From: Candidatus Vogelbacteria bacterium | Lineage (GTDB): Bacteria; Patescibacteriota; Minisyncoccia; Phycocordibacterales; JACRKE01 | Reading direction: 5' to 3' | Assembly (NCBI GenBank): GCA_016215335.1 | Contig: JACRKE010000026.1 | Span: 1,711 to 65,710, forward strand | DNA length: 64,000 nt | Shown here: positions 18,830 through 28,437 of the stretch, in pieces | Numbering within the stretch: position 1 is the first letter of the stretch | Layout of the letters: each line of letters begins with the position of its first letter | Program-made: the position numbers and the translations under genes | Notes under the pieces: model-generated | The model's database searches: none | What the model was told of the DNA's origin: nothing | What the model saw: the letters and a program-made list of their open reading frames with translations, nothing else

Positions 18830-20019
18830 AAAGAATTAATATTGCACACAAGAGAAAAAATTCCAAGCTAAATAGAATATTGCTCATTATTCATTGTCTC
18901 TTAAGGGCGATCTTTTTCGGTCCAGCCAAGTATAAACCACAAGAAGTTAGAAGGATTATTGTGGTACCTTCGGGAAAGCTTGGAGATGTTGTGTGTACCA
19001 CTCCTGTATTGCATGCAATTAGGACGAGCTTGCCTAAGACAACCATAATTGTTGCTGGGCAAAGTGGATTACACCGATCGTTGCTTGCAGATAGTGGGCT
19101 TGTCGATGAGTATCTAGATTTGGACAATGAAGATGCTATAGAAAATATTAAGAAAAGTAAAGTTGATGCGGCAATAATAACTGGCCCATCCTTTATGCCA
19201 GCTGCACAGGTGTATATTGCAGGTGTGCCACTGATTATTGCTGCACGCGTAGAAGGCGGAATTTCTCCATCGGAGACAAAGCCCTACAAAATTTTACAAA
19301 GATTTATCAAAACATTTCCGTATCGAATGGGCGAGTACGCTCCACGTGAACGTCTCAAATCACTTGAACCACTTGGCATATTCTTTAATGATACAAAGAA
19401 ACATCTCGCGTTTTCAGAAACCGCCCATAATAAAGTTAAGCAGTTTTTCATTGATCACGAAGTCGACATCAACAAAGATTTTGTCGTGGGTATTTCACCA
19501 AGTGCTGGTAATAAGATAAAAGAGTGGCCAGAAGACAGGTTCGCTAAAATCGCTGATCATCTATTTGAAAAGTATGGCGCTAAAATATTTATAACGGGCG
19601 GAAAGGGAGACGTAGAAAAAGCGAATGAAGTTATTCGGTGCTTAGACAAGAAAACATTTATCATCGATACGTCAGGTAAATTTAGCTTGGACGAGCTTAA
19701 GGCATTTATGGCTAAGCTTAAACTCTTCATTAGTGTTGACTCCGGCCCGATCTACATTGCTGAAGCGTTTAACGTGCCCACCATCGACATTGTGGGCCCA
19801 ATGGATGAACACGAGCAACCACCCATAGGACCAAGGCATCGAGTAGTTGTTTCTATAGAAAGAGAAGCTCCAGAGATGCATATATTGAATGCAGGAGGCT
19901 GCGATCCAGATGAAGTAGTGAGACAAGTCAAAGCGATAAGTGTCGACATGGTAAAATTACAAATTGGGGATCTAATCTCAAAAGAATTACTTTTAAATTG
20001 TAGCAGTGAATATTTGTGA
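18826..20019 (+). CDS. glycosyltransferase family 9 (heptosyltransferase-like)
   Basis: RIIVVPSGKLGDVVCTTPVLHAIRTSLPKTTIIVAG is the GT9 N-terminal signature. The start is taken at the ATGA overlap with the upstream stop; the track ORF started at 18769. Confidence 0.7.
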   Translation: MKRINIAHKRKNSKLNRILLIIHCLLRAIFFGPAKYKPQEVRRIIVVPSGKLGDVVCTTPVLHAIRTSLPKTTIIVAGQSGLHRSLLADSGLVDEYLDLDNEDAIENIKKSKVDAAIITGPSFMPAAQVYIAGVPLIIAARVEGGISPSETKPYKILQRFIKTFPYRMGEYAPRERLKSLEPLGIFFNDTKKHLAFSETAHNKVKQFFIDHEVDINKDFVVGISPSAGNKIKEWPEDRFAKIADHLFEKYGAKIFITGGKGDVEKANEVIRCLDKKTFIIDTSGKFSLDELKAFMAKLKLFISVDSGPIYIAEAFNVPTIDIVGPMDEHEQPPIGPRHRVVVSIEREAPEMHILNAGGCDPDEVVRQVKAISVDMVKLQIGDLISKELLLNCSSEYL

Positions 20020-20046
20020 TTTAATAGAACCTAAAAAAACAAGTTG

Positions 20047-20069
20047 CCCCACACCTTGTGAGTGTGGGG
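20047..20069. terminator. GC hairpin between convergent genes (CCCCACAC-N7-GTGTGGGG)
   Basis: 8-bp GC-rich stem in the 77-nt gap between the GT9 stop (20019) and the radical SAM stop (20097). Confidence 0.4.
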
Positions 20070-20096
20070 TAGAGACAGAGTCGTTTTCGAGCTCTT

Positions 20097-21380
20097 TTAT
20101 AGGAAGTAGTCGCCTTGGTCAGGAAGTCCTTGAATTTCAATAACTTCTTCTTCGGACACCATACGTTCAATCATGTGGTTCGCACCGTTGTACAGACAGG
20201 TTACTTCTCTGCATTCGTGCGATGCGTCAAAGCTCTGAAGAATCTCTGCCGTTGCCTGACGAAAGTTGTCTTGAGAATCTGCCTTGACGTATGCAGTGGC
20301 TTCACCCATTCTGGCTTTCAGCTCTCCTCTGTGTGCAGGGCAGTTGAATACTCCAAGCGGTGAGATTACTTGCCTGAATGCCATCATGTGGCACATCTTT
20401 GGTTGCTTGGTGAAGTCTCTCCGATTCCCGTTGATGAGCACCATGAGGTTAGAGCTTGCAATAACCTTGAAATTGGGTGTTTCCAATTTCTTTGTCTCTT
20501 CGAGGGTGTCACGAATGAGAGCAACTGTTGCATTGAAATTCTCAACCATTTCTGTGTCCATGACTTCTGCGCCTTCTGGATGCCTCGTCAAAATGGGCTT
20601 GAATGAGATGTAGGTGAAGCCGCTCTTTAATGCCAATTTAGCCGCGCTCATCATCTCGTGGATGTTCGGGATAATTTTGACCTTCTCACTATCTCGTTCT
20701 GCCCCGGGCCACACGACAATGAATGAGAAACCTATTCCGATACTCGGATTTGCATTTCTAAGCATTGGAACGCTTGCGCAGATCTCTTCAAGCGAGATTT
20801 TCTTTTTCGGTTGATGCATGCGAACGAATGTTTCATTGGTGCCAGAATCGAGCGAGAAGCGTACCCAGTCCTTTTGAGTTAGTAAGGGCGTGATCTCAAG
20901 GATCTTGTCGTTGTGGGATCCGTTGCTTACGATACCAATTTGTACCGCGTGTCCCTTGAGAAATCGTACTACCTCCGAAAACCCAGGGTAGAGTGTTGGT
21001 TCTCCTCCACCAATTAGGATGACCGAACGTAATCCATTCTCCACCATGTTTTCGAGAGACGTCATGAGTAATGCATGCTCGTAACGTGCCTTGCTGTTGA
21101 GCATGTTCCAGTCAATGCAGTGTGTGCACGCGTAGTTGCATGCTGTAGTTAGATCAAGGTTCACTGATATCGGTCCCCAGTTTGTCGGCATGGGCTGTGG
21201 TGCGTCACCCCTAGTCTTTGCCTGGCGAACTGATCGTTGCCACGCGACGTAAGCCTTCAGCTTTTCGAGTATCGCATCTTGCTTCAATTTTGACGCAAAA
21301 TCATGCTTGGGCTCAGTCTTTTGGGTATCCATTGCTAGCTCCTCTCTCTCTATATTTGATTGTACAGAATCTACGTCCAC
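20097..21380 (-). CDS. radical SAM enzyme with extra C-terminal Cys cluster
   Basis: TTACNYACTHC (CxxxCxxC), IGGGEPTLYP; C-terminal Cys residues (FNCPAH, HECREVTC) suggest an auxiliary cluster. Confidence 0.75.
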   Translation of the reverse strand: MDVDSVQSNIEREELAMDTQKTEPKHDFASKLKQDAILEKLKAYVAWQRSVRQAKTRGDAPQPMPTNWGPISVNLDLTTACNYACTHCIDWNMLNSKARYEHALLMTSLENMVENGLRSVILIGGGEPTLYPGFSEVVRFLKGHAVQIGIVSNGSHNDKILEITPLLTQKDWVRFSLDSGTNETFVRMHQPKKKISLEEICASVPMLRNANPSIGIGFSFIVVWPGAERDSEKVKIIPNIHEMMSAAKLALKSGFTYISFKPILTRHPEGAEVMDTEMVENFNATVALIRDTLEETKKLETPNFKVIASSNLMVLINGNRRDFTKQPKMCHMMAFRQVISPLGVFNCPAHRGELKARMGEATAYVKADSQDNFRQATAEILQSFDASHECREVTCLYNGANHMIERMVSEEEVIEIQGLPDQGDYFL

Positions 21381-21418
21381 CTTAGCAGGATATTAGAAAA
21401 AAACAATCATATTATCAT

Positions 21419-22174
21419 TCATGGGCGAGATTCCAGTATTTCGACTCTAACTGGATCTCTCAATATCCGACTTAATCGATATTCATACTCGGCTTCCCAG
21501 AGATAAAAAATATTTTTTGCGACCAGCTCTGGGGAAAGCATCCCTTCCGTTTTTTTTATGGTATTTGTCCAGAATTTAGTGGTCATGCCAGTTGGCCCAA
21601 CTACGAGCGTTTTTTTAACCATTACGTCAAGCGAAACTGATTTTGCGAGCATGGCTAATCCTGCTTTTGTTGCACAATATAAGGGTTCGTATTCCCTTGG
21701 AGTCCATTGAGAAGTTGAGGTAATGATTATGAGCCCCCTTAGTTGTTCTTGTTTTTTTAGTAATCTCTGCAACAGTAGGGCAGGGGCCGTTATACCTACA
21801 TTTATCATCTTCTGTATATGATTGTCTTCAAGCTGGTCTATGTGACCATCTTCAAAGAAACCGGCATTGTAAATCAACGTATCTATTGTCGGTAAATCAT
21901 TGACTAGCTTGTTTAGTCTTGTTTTAAGAGTTTCGACATTCTCATTAATCGATAATTCAACTTGATTAAAGTAAGGTACACTTGCATCTACCGTCCTACT
22001 AGTTGCGTAAATATTCGACTTAAGCGCGAATAATTTTCCTATTTCCAATCCAAGACCGGATAATCCTCCGATAATAAGTGTATTTGCAATTTTGTTGTTC
22101 TTAATTTCTGATGACATACATAACGGCCCTGTACTCAAGAATAAAACTGTACTATATTTAATGTTATGCCACAA
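21419..22174 (-). CDS. SDR-family short-chain dehydrogenase/reductase
   Basis: LIIGGLSGLGLEIG Rossmann fold, NAG, YCATKAGL (YxxxK). Confidence 0.75.
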   Translation of the reverse strand: MWHNIKYSTVLFLSTGPLCMSSEIKNNKIANTLIIGGLSGLGLEIGKLFALKSNIYATSRTVDASVPYFNQVELSINENVETLKTRLNKLVNDLPTIDTLIYNAGFFEDGHIDQLEDNHIQKMINVGITAPALLLQRLLKKQEQLRGLIIITSTSQWTPREYEPLYCATKAGLAMLAKSVSLDVMVKKTLVVGPTGMTTKFWTNTIKKTEGMLSPELVAKNIFYLWEAEYEYRLSRILRDPVRVEILESRP

Positions 22175-22420
22175 GACGGTTATTCATTTTTAAAAAGAAA
22201 ACTGACCCATTTGCAAAGTTCACATATGGGGAAGCTTTTCCTAGACAAGAAATTTTTTCATTATACGTGGATTGGGATTTTCATTTCGGTGCTCAACGTA
22301 TTCTTGCTATGGCTACTTATAGATATACTTAGCATATCAACCGTCGTTTCCAGTATATTAGTTATCGGACTCACTTTCATTATTCGTTACGTGCTGTTTC
22401 GTCGTTTTGAAGCACTCTGA
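22166..22420 (+). CDS. GtrA-family small membrane protein
   Basis: 84 aa; hydrophobic helices WIGIFISVLNVFLLWLLIDIL / VVSSILVIGLTFIIRYVLFRRF. Confidence 0.6.
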   Translation: MPQDGYSFLKRKLTHLQSSHMGKLFLDKKFFHYTWIGIFISVLNVFLLWLLIDILSISTVVSSILVIGLTFIIRYVLFRRFEAL

Positions 22421-22465
22421 GGCCGACTGTTGTGGTGACTAATGAAATCTGATACGATGTAACCC

Positions 22466-23413
22466 ATGAACAACAGTGTCAAGCCTTTATTGTCCGTGAT
22501 TGTACCAGTTTATAACGAGGTTGAATCTGTGGTTAAGCTACATTCCGAATTGTTAACTGTACTACGCACATTAGGCTTGCCATTCGAGATTATATACATC
22601 GATGATGGCTCTACTGACAACACATACGAAAGGCTAATTTCTTTGGTTCAGATTAAAATTATTCGCTTTCGTCGAAATTTTGGTCAGACAGCGGCTATGG
22701 ACGCTGGAATAAAAGTTACTACTGGAGACTACTTGATCATGCTTGACGGTGATGGTCAGAATGATCCAGCAGACATTCCTCAGTTAATTGAGAAGCTAGA
22801 GAGGGAAAAGCTGGATGTTGTTTCTGGTTGGAGGAAGATTCGACGAGATAATTTTTCAAAACGCTTTTTTTCACTAGTGGCGGCTTTTTTAAGAAAACTA
22901 TTAATAAATGATGGTATTCATGATAGCGGGTGTACTCTCAAGGTTTATCGAAGAGAGTGTTTTGATGGTGTTGATCTAATGGGAGAAATGCATCGTTTTA
23001 TTCCGGCTCTTCTTAAAATTAGAGGTTTTAAGATTGGTGAAATGAAGGTTAACCATCGTCCGCGTCTGGTCGGTAAGACCAAGTACACTTGGAGACGAGG
23101 ATTGAAAGGTATCTTAGATATGATGTCTGTCTGGTTTTGGCAAAAGTATGCTAGCCGACCCCTTCATCTTTTCGGCGGGTTAGGATTTTTATTCGGTCTT
23201 GTTGGAGTTTTTTCTCTTGTAACCTTATTTGTTCTTCGTTTGTTCTATTTTGTAACTTTGGCCGACAAAATTTGGCCTTTGATCTCTATTTTTATGATTC
23301 TTATGGGAGTCAACTTTTTCATTTCAGGTATTTTGGCCGACATAATGGTTAAAGATTATTTTAAAAACAATCGGCGTGACTACTATTTAATAGCCGAAAC
23401 AAAAGAACAATGA
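22466..23413 (+). CDS. GT2 polyprenyl-phosphate glycosyltransferase (GtrB/DPM1-like)
   Basis: LSVIVPVYNE, YIDDGSTDNT, DGDGQNDP and two C-terminal TM helices; collinear with GtrB. Confidence 0.8.
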   Translation: MNNSVKPLLSVIVPVYNEVESVVKLHSELLTVLRTLGLPFEIIYIDDGSTDNTYERLISLVQIKIIRFRRNFGQTAAMDAGIKVTTGDYLIMLDGDGQNDPADIPQLIEKLEREKLDVVSGWRKIRRDNFSKRFFSLVAAFLRKLLINDGIHDSGCTLKVYRRECFDGVDLMGEMHRFIPALLKIRGFKIGEMKVNHRPRLVGKTKYTWRRGLKGILDMMSVWFWQKYASRPLHLFGGLGFLFGLVGVFSLVTLFVLRLFYFVTLADKIWPLISIFMILMGVNFFISGILADIMVKDYFKNNRRDYYLIAETKEQ

Positions 23414-24132
23414 CCAGTTATTTAGTTGAGCATTATGAAAAAATTGGAGATGTTAAGACAGATTTTCGTAATTGGAATCTTTTTCATCTTGTTGCAACTT
23501 TAATCAAAGGGGAATCTGTCGTTGATGTGGGATGTGGGGCAGCCTTTTTTTTGAGTATTCTAAAAGCAGGTGGAAAAAATGTTGTTGGAGTTGAGCCCAA
23601 TAGCGGAATGCGGGCATTGGCTTCCCAAATGAATCCCGGGGTAGTCGTTATCCCCGGGAGAGCTGAAGAGATTGACGTTTTATTGCAAAGACCAGTTGAC
23701 TCAGTGGTAATGATCGATGTGCTTGAACACATTGAGGATGACGCTGAGCAAGTCAAAAAGGTTCAAGCCATTCTAAAGAAAAATGGCGAGTTTGTCTTCG
23801 TGGTTCCTGCTTATCAATTTTTGTATGGTAAAAGAGATAAACATATGGGTCATTATCGGAGATATTCTAAAAAATCGTTGCAAAAAATACTCACTGCTAA
23901 TGGTTTTCTTATTCAACATATGCGCCATTGGAATGCCCTCGGTTTTTTGCCATACCTTATTTCTGAAAAAATATTTCATAAGCCGTTACAGTTAGAATTA
24001 AGAAGGAGTACCAAAACAAACGTGTTGACTAGAATTACTCGAAAGGGATTACATTTTTGGTTGAGGTTAGTTGAGAATAATTTTGATTTTGGTTTTGGTC
24101 TTAGCATTATAGGCGTTGCAAGGAAGATATGA
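23410..24132 (+). CDS. class I SAM-dependent methyltransferase
   Basis: VVDVGCGAAFF motif I, DSVVMIDVLEHIED. Confidence 0.7.
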   Translation: MTSYLVEHYEKIGDVKTDFRNWNLFHLVATLIKGESVVDVGCGAAFFLSILKAGGKNVVGVEPNSGMRALASQMNPGVVVIPGRAEEIDVLLQRPVDSVVMIDVLEHIEDDAEQVKKVQAILKKNGEFVFVVPAYQFLYGKRDKHMGHYRRYSKKSLQKILTANGFLIQHMRHWNALGFLPYLISEKIFHKPLQLELRRSTKTNVLTRITRKGLHFWLRLVENNFDFGFGLSIIGVARKI

Positions 24133-25880
24133 AGTTAAAAAGAGTCAAAGAGATATTATTTAATCATAGATTAGCAATTTTATTTGCGGTCATCCTCGCT
24201 TTCATCGTGGCCTTTCCGCAGGTTTATTTTCGTATTGATCATCAGAGTGATGGTGTTTATCAGGGTATAGAACTTCTCCCTGACTCTCCGTGGTCAGCGC
24301 GTGTGCGAGAGGTGCAGGATGGCCACCCCAACTTTGGAGCCATTTATTATAAGGACGGCAAAGACAATCCATATCTTTTTCAACCACTCGGTTCTATGGT
24401 AGTGGGATACGTGGGAGAACTGTTCTCTCTTGATATCAACAATACTATTTTGTTGTCTCGGATTATTCTTTCCTTCATCGTATTTATCTTGATCTATGTT
24501 TTTGTTTTTCTCTTGTCAAAAAGTAGATTGACGGCATTATGCAGTTCTACTGTGCTCTTGTTTGCCGAGTCGATCTTGAGTTTCTCTGGTTTATCGAGAC
24601 TTTTTCATGGCCTCAATCCAGATAGTTTTCTTCGAATCGCTCGGCCAGTTAATCCGGCGATGATTTACGTTTTACTTTTTAGTTTCTTGATATGTTTTTG
24701 GTTCTTTTATAAAAAAAATGACTGGCGCTGGGGCGTGGCGAGCGCTATTTTATTAGGCTTAAATTTTTATAACTATTTTTACTCGTGGACCTTCCTCTAT
24801 TCATTTGGCGCAATCCTAATTTTATTTTTTCTCTGTCAAAAAAGGTGGCGAGAAGCACTGCGTTTGGCGGGTGTATTTCTCGGAGCATTGCTGGTGGCTT
24901 TTCCATATTGCGTCAATCTTTATCGCGCCACCATGCATCCGGCCTACGTAGAGGTTGGTGCACGAAACGGAATAGTCCTGACCCATGCTCCTTTATTTGT
25001 GGGTTTAACTGCGATAATTGCCTTGATTGTTTTTTTCCTTGGATTTCCAAAGGAAGATCGGGAAAAATATTTTTTTAGCTTAGCTTTATTGCTTACGCCA
25101 TTTATCACTTTGAATCAACAGCTTTTAACTGGCAGGGTTCTTCAGGAGGCGCACTACCATTGGTTTTTTCATAAACCGATCGCTGTTATTGTCGTCCTCA
25201 TAGTCATTCTGCACCTCCTCGCTTCTAGAGGTTTTGTTTTGACCAGAAAAGTCATTGCTGGCATCATTTTGACAGTTAGTATTTTCACTGGAGTATTTGT
25301 TCAAGCAGAGACATATTTTAACGATTCTCGCGATGGGGGAATGATAGCAGTCGAAAGACAAAAATATGGACCAGTGATGAAATGGCTGAATGAAAATGCG
25401 TTAAAAGAGTCTGTTGTTTTAGCTAACGATGAAATTTCGCATCTTACTGTTATTTACACTCCTTTAAACGTTTTTTATCATCGAGCTGCTATGTATTCAC
25501 TTGCATCCACAAAAGCACGATTACTAGACGTACTTTTTACTTTTTATCGTCTACGAGGAATTAAGGCAGGGGATGCTCGGGAGGTATTTTTTGCCGAGCG
25601 AGGTAATATTTCTGCTAATATCTATGGCATACATTATCGAGAACTTCTGGGTTCATATGATGCAATACCAGATGATAAAATTGAAGAAGCGGTTAATCTA
25701 TATATAAAATCACAATCTGAGGACAGTCAGAATTGGTTCAAAAGGGTATTTAAGAAATATGAAGTAGGGTATGTAGTTTGGGATAAGAAAAGTGACCCAT
25801 CATGGCAGCTAGATGCATATCAAAATCTTGTTAAAGCAGCTGAATTACCGAATGACATGTTGATCTATCGTGTTCAATAA
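24129..25880 (+). CDS. polytopic membrane protein, GT-C-like glycosyltransferase candidate (GtrC/ArnT/PMT-like architecture)
   Basis: about 12 predicted TM helices followed by a ~200 aa soluble C-terminal domain; it sits directly after the GtrA-GtrB pair. Confidence 0.45.
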   Translation: MKLKRVKEILFNHRLAILFAVILAFIVAFPQVYFRIDHQSDGVYQGIELLPDSPWSARVREVQDGHPNFGAIYYKDGKDNPYLFQPLGSMVVGYVGELFSLDINNTILLSRIILSFIVFILIYVFVFLLSKSRLTALCSSTVLLFAESILSFSGLSRLFHGLNPDSFLRIARPVNPAMIYVLLFSFLICFWFFYKKNDWRWGVASAILLGLNFYNYFYSWTFLYSFGAILILFFLCQKRWREALRLAGVFLGALLVAFPYCVNLYRATMHPAYVEVGARNGIVLTHAPLFVGLTAIIALIVFFLGFPKEDREKYFFSLALLLTPFITLNQQLLTGRVLQEAHYHWFFHKPIAVIVVLIVILHLLASRGFVLTRKVIAGIILTVSIFTGVFVQAETYFNDSRDGGMIAVERQKYGPVMKWLNENALKESVVLANDEISHLTVIYTPLNVFYHRAAMYSLASTKARLLDVLFTFYRLRGIKAGDAREVFFAERGNISANIYGIHYRELLGSYDAIPDDKIEEAVNLYIKSQSEDSQNWFKRVFKKYEVGYVVWDKKSDPSWQLDAYQNLVKAAELPNDMLIYRVQ

Positions 25881-25905
25881 TGTCTGATAAAGTAAGCAAT
25901 AAAAA

Positions 25906-27144
25906 ATGAAGATTTTATTTTTGTCTGATGATTTTCCGCCTACGAGCTTTGGAGGAGCTGGTATCTCTACCTGTGACATCGCTCTTGGGATGAAAAAAGC
26001 AGGCCATGAAGTGTTTGTTGTTACCACGTGCAGGAAAGAGATTGATTCGGGTGAGTCTGATTATGAAGGTATTAAGGTTTATAGAATTGCGAGTGATTAT
26101 CCAGGCAGATGGCGATCATGGATAAGTCTTTATAATAGGCCTGTGGTTAGCAGGGTTGAAGAATTGATAAGGCAGTTAAAACCAGACGTTGTGCATGCTA
26201 ATAATATACATTTTTATCTATCGTATGCATGTCTCAAAGTTGCAAAGAAAAATTGTAAAGCAGTTGTTTTCACCGCTCGCGACGTAATGACATTCAATTT
26301 CTCCAAGCTTACCACTAAGAGATATCTAGAAAATTTTGATTATCATACAACGTGGCGAGACCACATTAAACAAGCGGGGAAAAGATGGAATCCGCTCAGA
26401 AACATCATCATAAAGAGATATTTAGGATATGCAGACAAAATTTTGGCTGTGAGCGATGCATTACGAAAAGCACTTGAGCAAAATAGAATAAGAAATGTCG
26501 AGGTTATGCATTCAGGGATAGATGTGGATTCGTGGCGTGTAAGTAATGAGGATGGGATTAATTTCCGTCAAAAATATGGTACAGATAATAAGAAAGTTAT
26601 TTTATTCGGCGGTCGTCTAAGCGACGCAAAAGGTTGCAAGCAAGTTCTCGGCGCAATGGTGGAGATTTTGAAGAATATTCCGAATGCTGTTTTGCTTATC
26701 GTCGCTAGTCTAGATGGACACACTAATCAGTTGACGGCGGAAGCGAACAAGCTGGAAATCGGTGATAGATTATTATTTACTGGTTGGGTTGGAAGAGATA
26801 AAATAAAATTCACCTACGCATGTGCCGATATTGTATTAGTGACTTCAATTTGCTTCGATTCATTCCCTAGGATCGTGCTAGAGGCAATGGCTTCTGGAAA
26901 GCCCGTTGTGGGTACTTGTTATGGAGGTGCTTCGGAAGCGATAATCGATGGAGTAACGGGGTATGTCGTGAATCCTTTTGATGTTGATATAATGTCAAAG
27001 CAAATCGTAGACCTACTTTCAAACCATCATAAGGCTGCGGAATTTGGACATGCTGGACGCCAAAGAATACAAGCTGATTTTAATCTAGATATTAAGGTAA
27101 GTGAACTAATATCAGACTACAAAAAGATACTATCTTCTAAATAA
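25906..27144 (+). CDS. glycosyltransferase family 4
   Basis: ICFDSFPRIVLEAMASGKPVVGTCYGGASEAIIDGVTGYVVNPFDV. Confidence 0.8.
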   Translation: MKILFLSDDFPPTSFGGAGISTCDIALGMKKAGHEVFVVTTCRKEIDSGESDYEGIKVYRIASDYPGRWRSWISLYNRPVVSRVEELIRQLKPDVVHANNIHFYLSYACLKVAKKNCKAVVFTARDVMTFNFSKLTTKRYLENFDYHTTWRDHIKQAGKRWNPLRNIIIKRYLGYADKILAVSDALRKALEQNRIRNVEVMHSGIDVDSWRVSNEDGINFRQKYGTDNKKVILFGGRLSDAKGCKQVLGAMVEILKNIPNAVLLIVASLDGHTNQLTAEANKLEIGDRLLFTGWVGRDKIKFTYACADIVLVTSICFDSFPRIVLEAMASGKPVVGTCYGGASEAIIDGVTGYVVNPFDVDIMSKQIVDLLSNHHKAAEFGHAGRQRIQADFNLDIKVSELISDYKKILSSK

Positions 27145-27317
27145 ACTGGTAAGATTTCTTAAGTTTATATGTTTGAAGTGAGGTTTTGATTACTACTACA
27201 CCTAGTAAGACTAACTCAAAGATTTGTTGTTGGTGTATACTGGGAGCATCAGAATCGTGTTGTGTATGGGGTATTTAAAATACTCGAATTGGACATCAGA
27301 ACTGATATACTTTTGAT

Positions 27318-27866
27318 ATGAAAGCTGCACTTTTAGTTATCGATTTGCAGAAGGACTTTTTTAGGTCTGAGCGTTTACAATCTTTGCAATCAGCGTTAAC
27401 AGACAATACAAATGTGCTTATTGATACGGCACAAAGTAAAAACATTCCGATAATATGGGTTCGACAAGAAATGAAGGCTGATATGAGCAACGCCCCTCTT
27501 GGAGATAGAAAAGAAGGAAAATCTTTCGTTGTAGCAGGAACAGAAGGTGCCCAGTTGTTGGATGGGTTGCAAAAACAACTAAGTGACTACGAGATCGTAA
27601 AGACACGATACAGCCCCTTTTTTAAAACGGAGCTTGATGATTTATTGAAGAAACTTGTCGTAGACACCTTAATTCTCTCCGGAATAAATACTCATGCATG
27701 CGTCCGAATGGCAGCGATTGATGCCTACGAAAGAGATTACGAGATTATTCTGGCTACCGATTGTATCAACTCCTGGGACGAAGAACATCACAGAGTGTCC
27801 CTCAAATACCTATCGGGTAAAATCACACACCCGATGACCAACGAGGAGATTAAGCTCTTGAGCTGA
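27318..27866 (+). CDS. isochorismatase-family cysteine hydrolase
   Basis: MKAALLVIDLQKDFF ... LILSGINTHACVRMAAIDAYE (catalytic Cys context). Confidence 0.75.
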   Translation: MKAALLVIDLQKDFFRSERLQSLQSALTDNTNVLIDTAQSKNIPIIWVRQEMKADMSNAPLGDRKEGKSFVVAGTEGAQLLDGLQKQLSDYEIVKTRYSPFFKTELDDLLKKLVVDTLILSGINTHACVRMAAIDAYERDYEIILATDCINSWDEEHHRVSLKYLSGKITHPMTNEEIKLLS

Positions 27867-27887
27867 AAGTTTCCAGAAGTAGTTCTT

Positions 27888-28262
27888 TTGATCGTTGTGA
27901 ACGAAACTTTTTCTCATAAAGGGGTTTCTGTTGTATCAACTGGCTGGATTGATAGAAACGATATGAAATTGGTTTACGCAAGCTATGATGCTGTACTCAT
28001 GCCATCAATTTGTTTCGATTCGTTTCCAAGAATAGTTTTGGAACCAATTGCTATGGGGAAACCGGTTATTGCTACGCATTATGGTGAAGCAAAAGAGATT
28101 GTTCTCAATGGTGTTTCAGGATATGTTATTAATCCATTTGATGTAAAAGAAATTGCCGACAAAATCACCAATCTTCTCGTTGACGATAAAAAAGGAGAAA
28201 AGTTTGGAATAGTTGGAAGAGATGCGTGAGAGCTGATTTTAATATTGATAAAAAAATTTAAT
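27888..28262 (+). pseudogene. degraded C-terminal fragment of a GT4 glycosyltransferase (partial paralog of 25906-27144)
   Basis: ICFDSFPRIVLEPIAMGKPVIATHYGEAKEIVLNGVSGYVINPFDV is near-identical to the C-terminus of the upstream GT4. There is no N-terminal domain. The last residues (ADFNIDKKI) continue in a shifted frame, mirroring the ADFNLDIKV of the intact copy. Confidence 0.6.
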
Positions 28263-28437
28263 TGCATATTAGCCACCAGGAAAGACTCTTAAAAGGAAAA
28301 AGAGAAAAACTTTTTAACTCAGGAGGTGTATTTTAGAAAACGGAGTACTTTATTTTGATGGAATGTGCTATGCTGAGTGTTCAGTTTCTGGAGTGTTGTG
28401 ATTCCTGAATTACTTATCAGTATTAGATAGTAGTTCG

